Shown in pieces: positions 62,558-64,000 of a DNA stretch of 64,000 nucleotides; positions within the stretch are counted from its first letter, which is position 1, and each line of letters begins with the position of its first letter. Source of the stretch: Balanoglossus misakiensis (taxonomy: Eukaryota; Animalia; Hemichordata). A program made the translations under genes and the position numbers. The stretch covers positions 14,949,903 to 15,013,902 of the forward strand of contig CM082577.2 of the NCBI GenBank assembly GCA_040954595.2, read 5' to 3'. Below the pieces are notes generated by a model. The model made no database searches, was not told where the DNA came from, and worked only from the letters and a program-made list of their open reading frames with translations.

Positions 62558-63767
62558 CTGAAATGAAAATTATACAGGTATATATGAGCATCTAATCGAC
62601 GCCCCATTGTGGCTGCATGTTGCAATTTGAACAAGTGTTATATTAAACGGGTACCCAACCGATAAACTGATGCAAACACAGGTAGATCAATGGGGATGAT
62701 TGTGAAAGACAAGGAGCCGTTTAATCAGCTTTCATAGCAAGAGTACAAAACTATCATTGTATGTGTCGCCAAGAGATGGCAAACTGATGTAAACACAGAT
62801 AATATGGCTCAATGGGGATGATTGTGAAAGATGCGGAGACGATTTATGTGTTTTATTGTGGAAAAAAACGCATGTGAAATTCAGCAGCTCATGGGGATTT
62901 CATTCATGACAAACGAGAAAAGACGCTAGACTGTAAATTAACCACGACAACATATTTGAGGTCTGGAAGTCTTTAGAAAGTTATTTGCGAAAACTTGCCA
63001 GAATTTCTTTTCACGCCTCGCCATTCTTGAATCTATACAGGGCGGTCAATACACAAAATGGAAATAACTCACTCGTTCGTACACTTGTATGACCATAAAT
63101 TTATGTTAGTAAAGGAGTGTAAATAATGCGAAAAGTGGCAGCGCGTGGGACTAGTAACACTGCTGTGAATGTATTCCATAACATACACTGTATCTATGGC
63201 ATGTGTGCGTGTGAGGCATTTGTCAGTATAGGGCGCATCTCAAGAGATTGTGACATGTCTTTGAGGTAATATGTACAAGCAAGCTGCACATTCCCGTACA
63301 GCTCTTGTAGCTTTGTGGATACAATTCGAAACAGCATACTTAATTCGTATGAATGCCACGTCAAGTACAAAAGAACAACATTCCAAGCGATCGAAACACA
63401 AGGTATCCTCTGCCCGTATGCTGGTATACGCAGCAAAGAAGGGTGAACAGAAAAGGACGTTTATCATTGAAAAGTTAGGATGCATAAAACGGATTGCACA
63501 CAAGAGTAACTCATTGACTTCATAGCTTCACACCATGGTTTGTCGTTGCAGAAGTGGTTTGGAAAGAGAGCAGTGGTCAATCAGGGATGTTTGTCATTGT
63601 TTGAACACCATACAGTACAATGCAACTTTGACTTTCAAACTATTTACCCGATTACCGGCATTGCATAATGTACCCAAGGTTAGGCTACAGTGAGAAGCGC
63701 CATCAACATTGTTTTCTGAGTTACCGCTGTCATTCGTTTTGTATTGACCATAAATTATACAGCCAAA

Positions 63768-64000
63768 GGGACCGTTCAGTTCTTACGGCCAGGGGGAGGG
63801 GGGGGGCGGCAAAATCCAGGAGGGGTTACTTAAATTTTGAAGTCCAAAGGGGCGGGGTCATCTGTTTTTTTTAAACGTTTAGGGGGGGGGTCACATACTT
63901 TTGCCACCGAACTTTTGCTTTTCAGTCCACAAAATTGCAGTTTCGCGCCCTTTATTTTACAAAATTTTCTATTGTGGGATGGGGACACCCCCTCCCACAC
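63768..64000 (+). mobile_element. Second copy of the Harbinger MITE left end (runs off the window)
   Basis: Highly similar to 15012-15245. Confidence 0.85.

Noticed and set aside
63194-63436. Possible further upstream exon of the PKD1-like gene (ELYGNVQLA resembles EMHGYVQLA)
   Set aside because: The similarity is short, other LamG motifs are absent and no convincing donor was found.

Overview
This is eukaryotic (metazoan, probably invertebrate) genomic DNA, not prokaryotic. The left half (~1-32 kb) is a nest of transposable elements whose boundaries can mostly be read from target-site duplications (TSDs). A decayed, intron-containing Sola2-like DNA transposon is the probable outer host. Beside or within it lies a Helentron-associated (HINE/DINE-1-like) element (2581-19892). 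A very young BEL/Pao LTR retrotransposon (2607-16644, minus strand, ATATA TSD) sits in the loop of that element's 5' hairpin. The BEL element is itself hit twice: by a 3.2-kb foldback element with a 5-bp TSD inside RT (6170-9406), and by a 4.2-kb IS3EU-like element with a 6-bp TSD inside the 5' LTR (12150-16370). The IS3EU-like element carries tail-to-tail remnants of a putative integrase and a HECT E3 ligase, plus a Harbinger MITE. A LINE (21483-24749) interrupts the Sola transposase. The right half (38167 to beyond 62557, minus strand) is an apparently intact polycystin-1/REJ-family gene with about 24 exons (LamG-like x2, WSC, PKD repeats, REJ, GAIN/GPS, PLAT, TRPP-type channel region); its introns contain TTAA MITEs and microsatellites. 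The most unusual items are the foldback element, whose long arms each carry an inward-facing ATG exon, intron and second exon, and the IS3EU-like element with palindromic TIR arrays and HECT cargo. Family assignments come from recalled motifs, not database searches.
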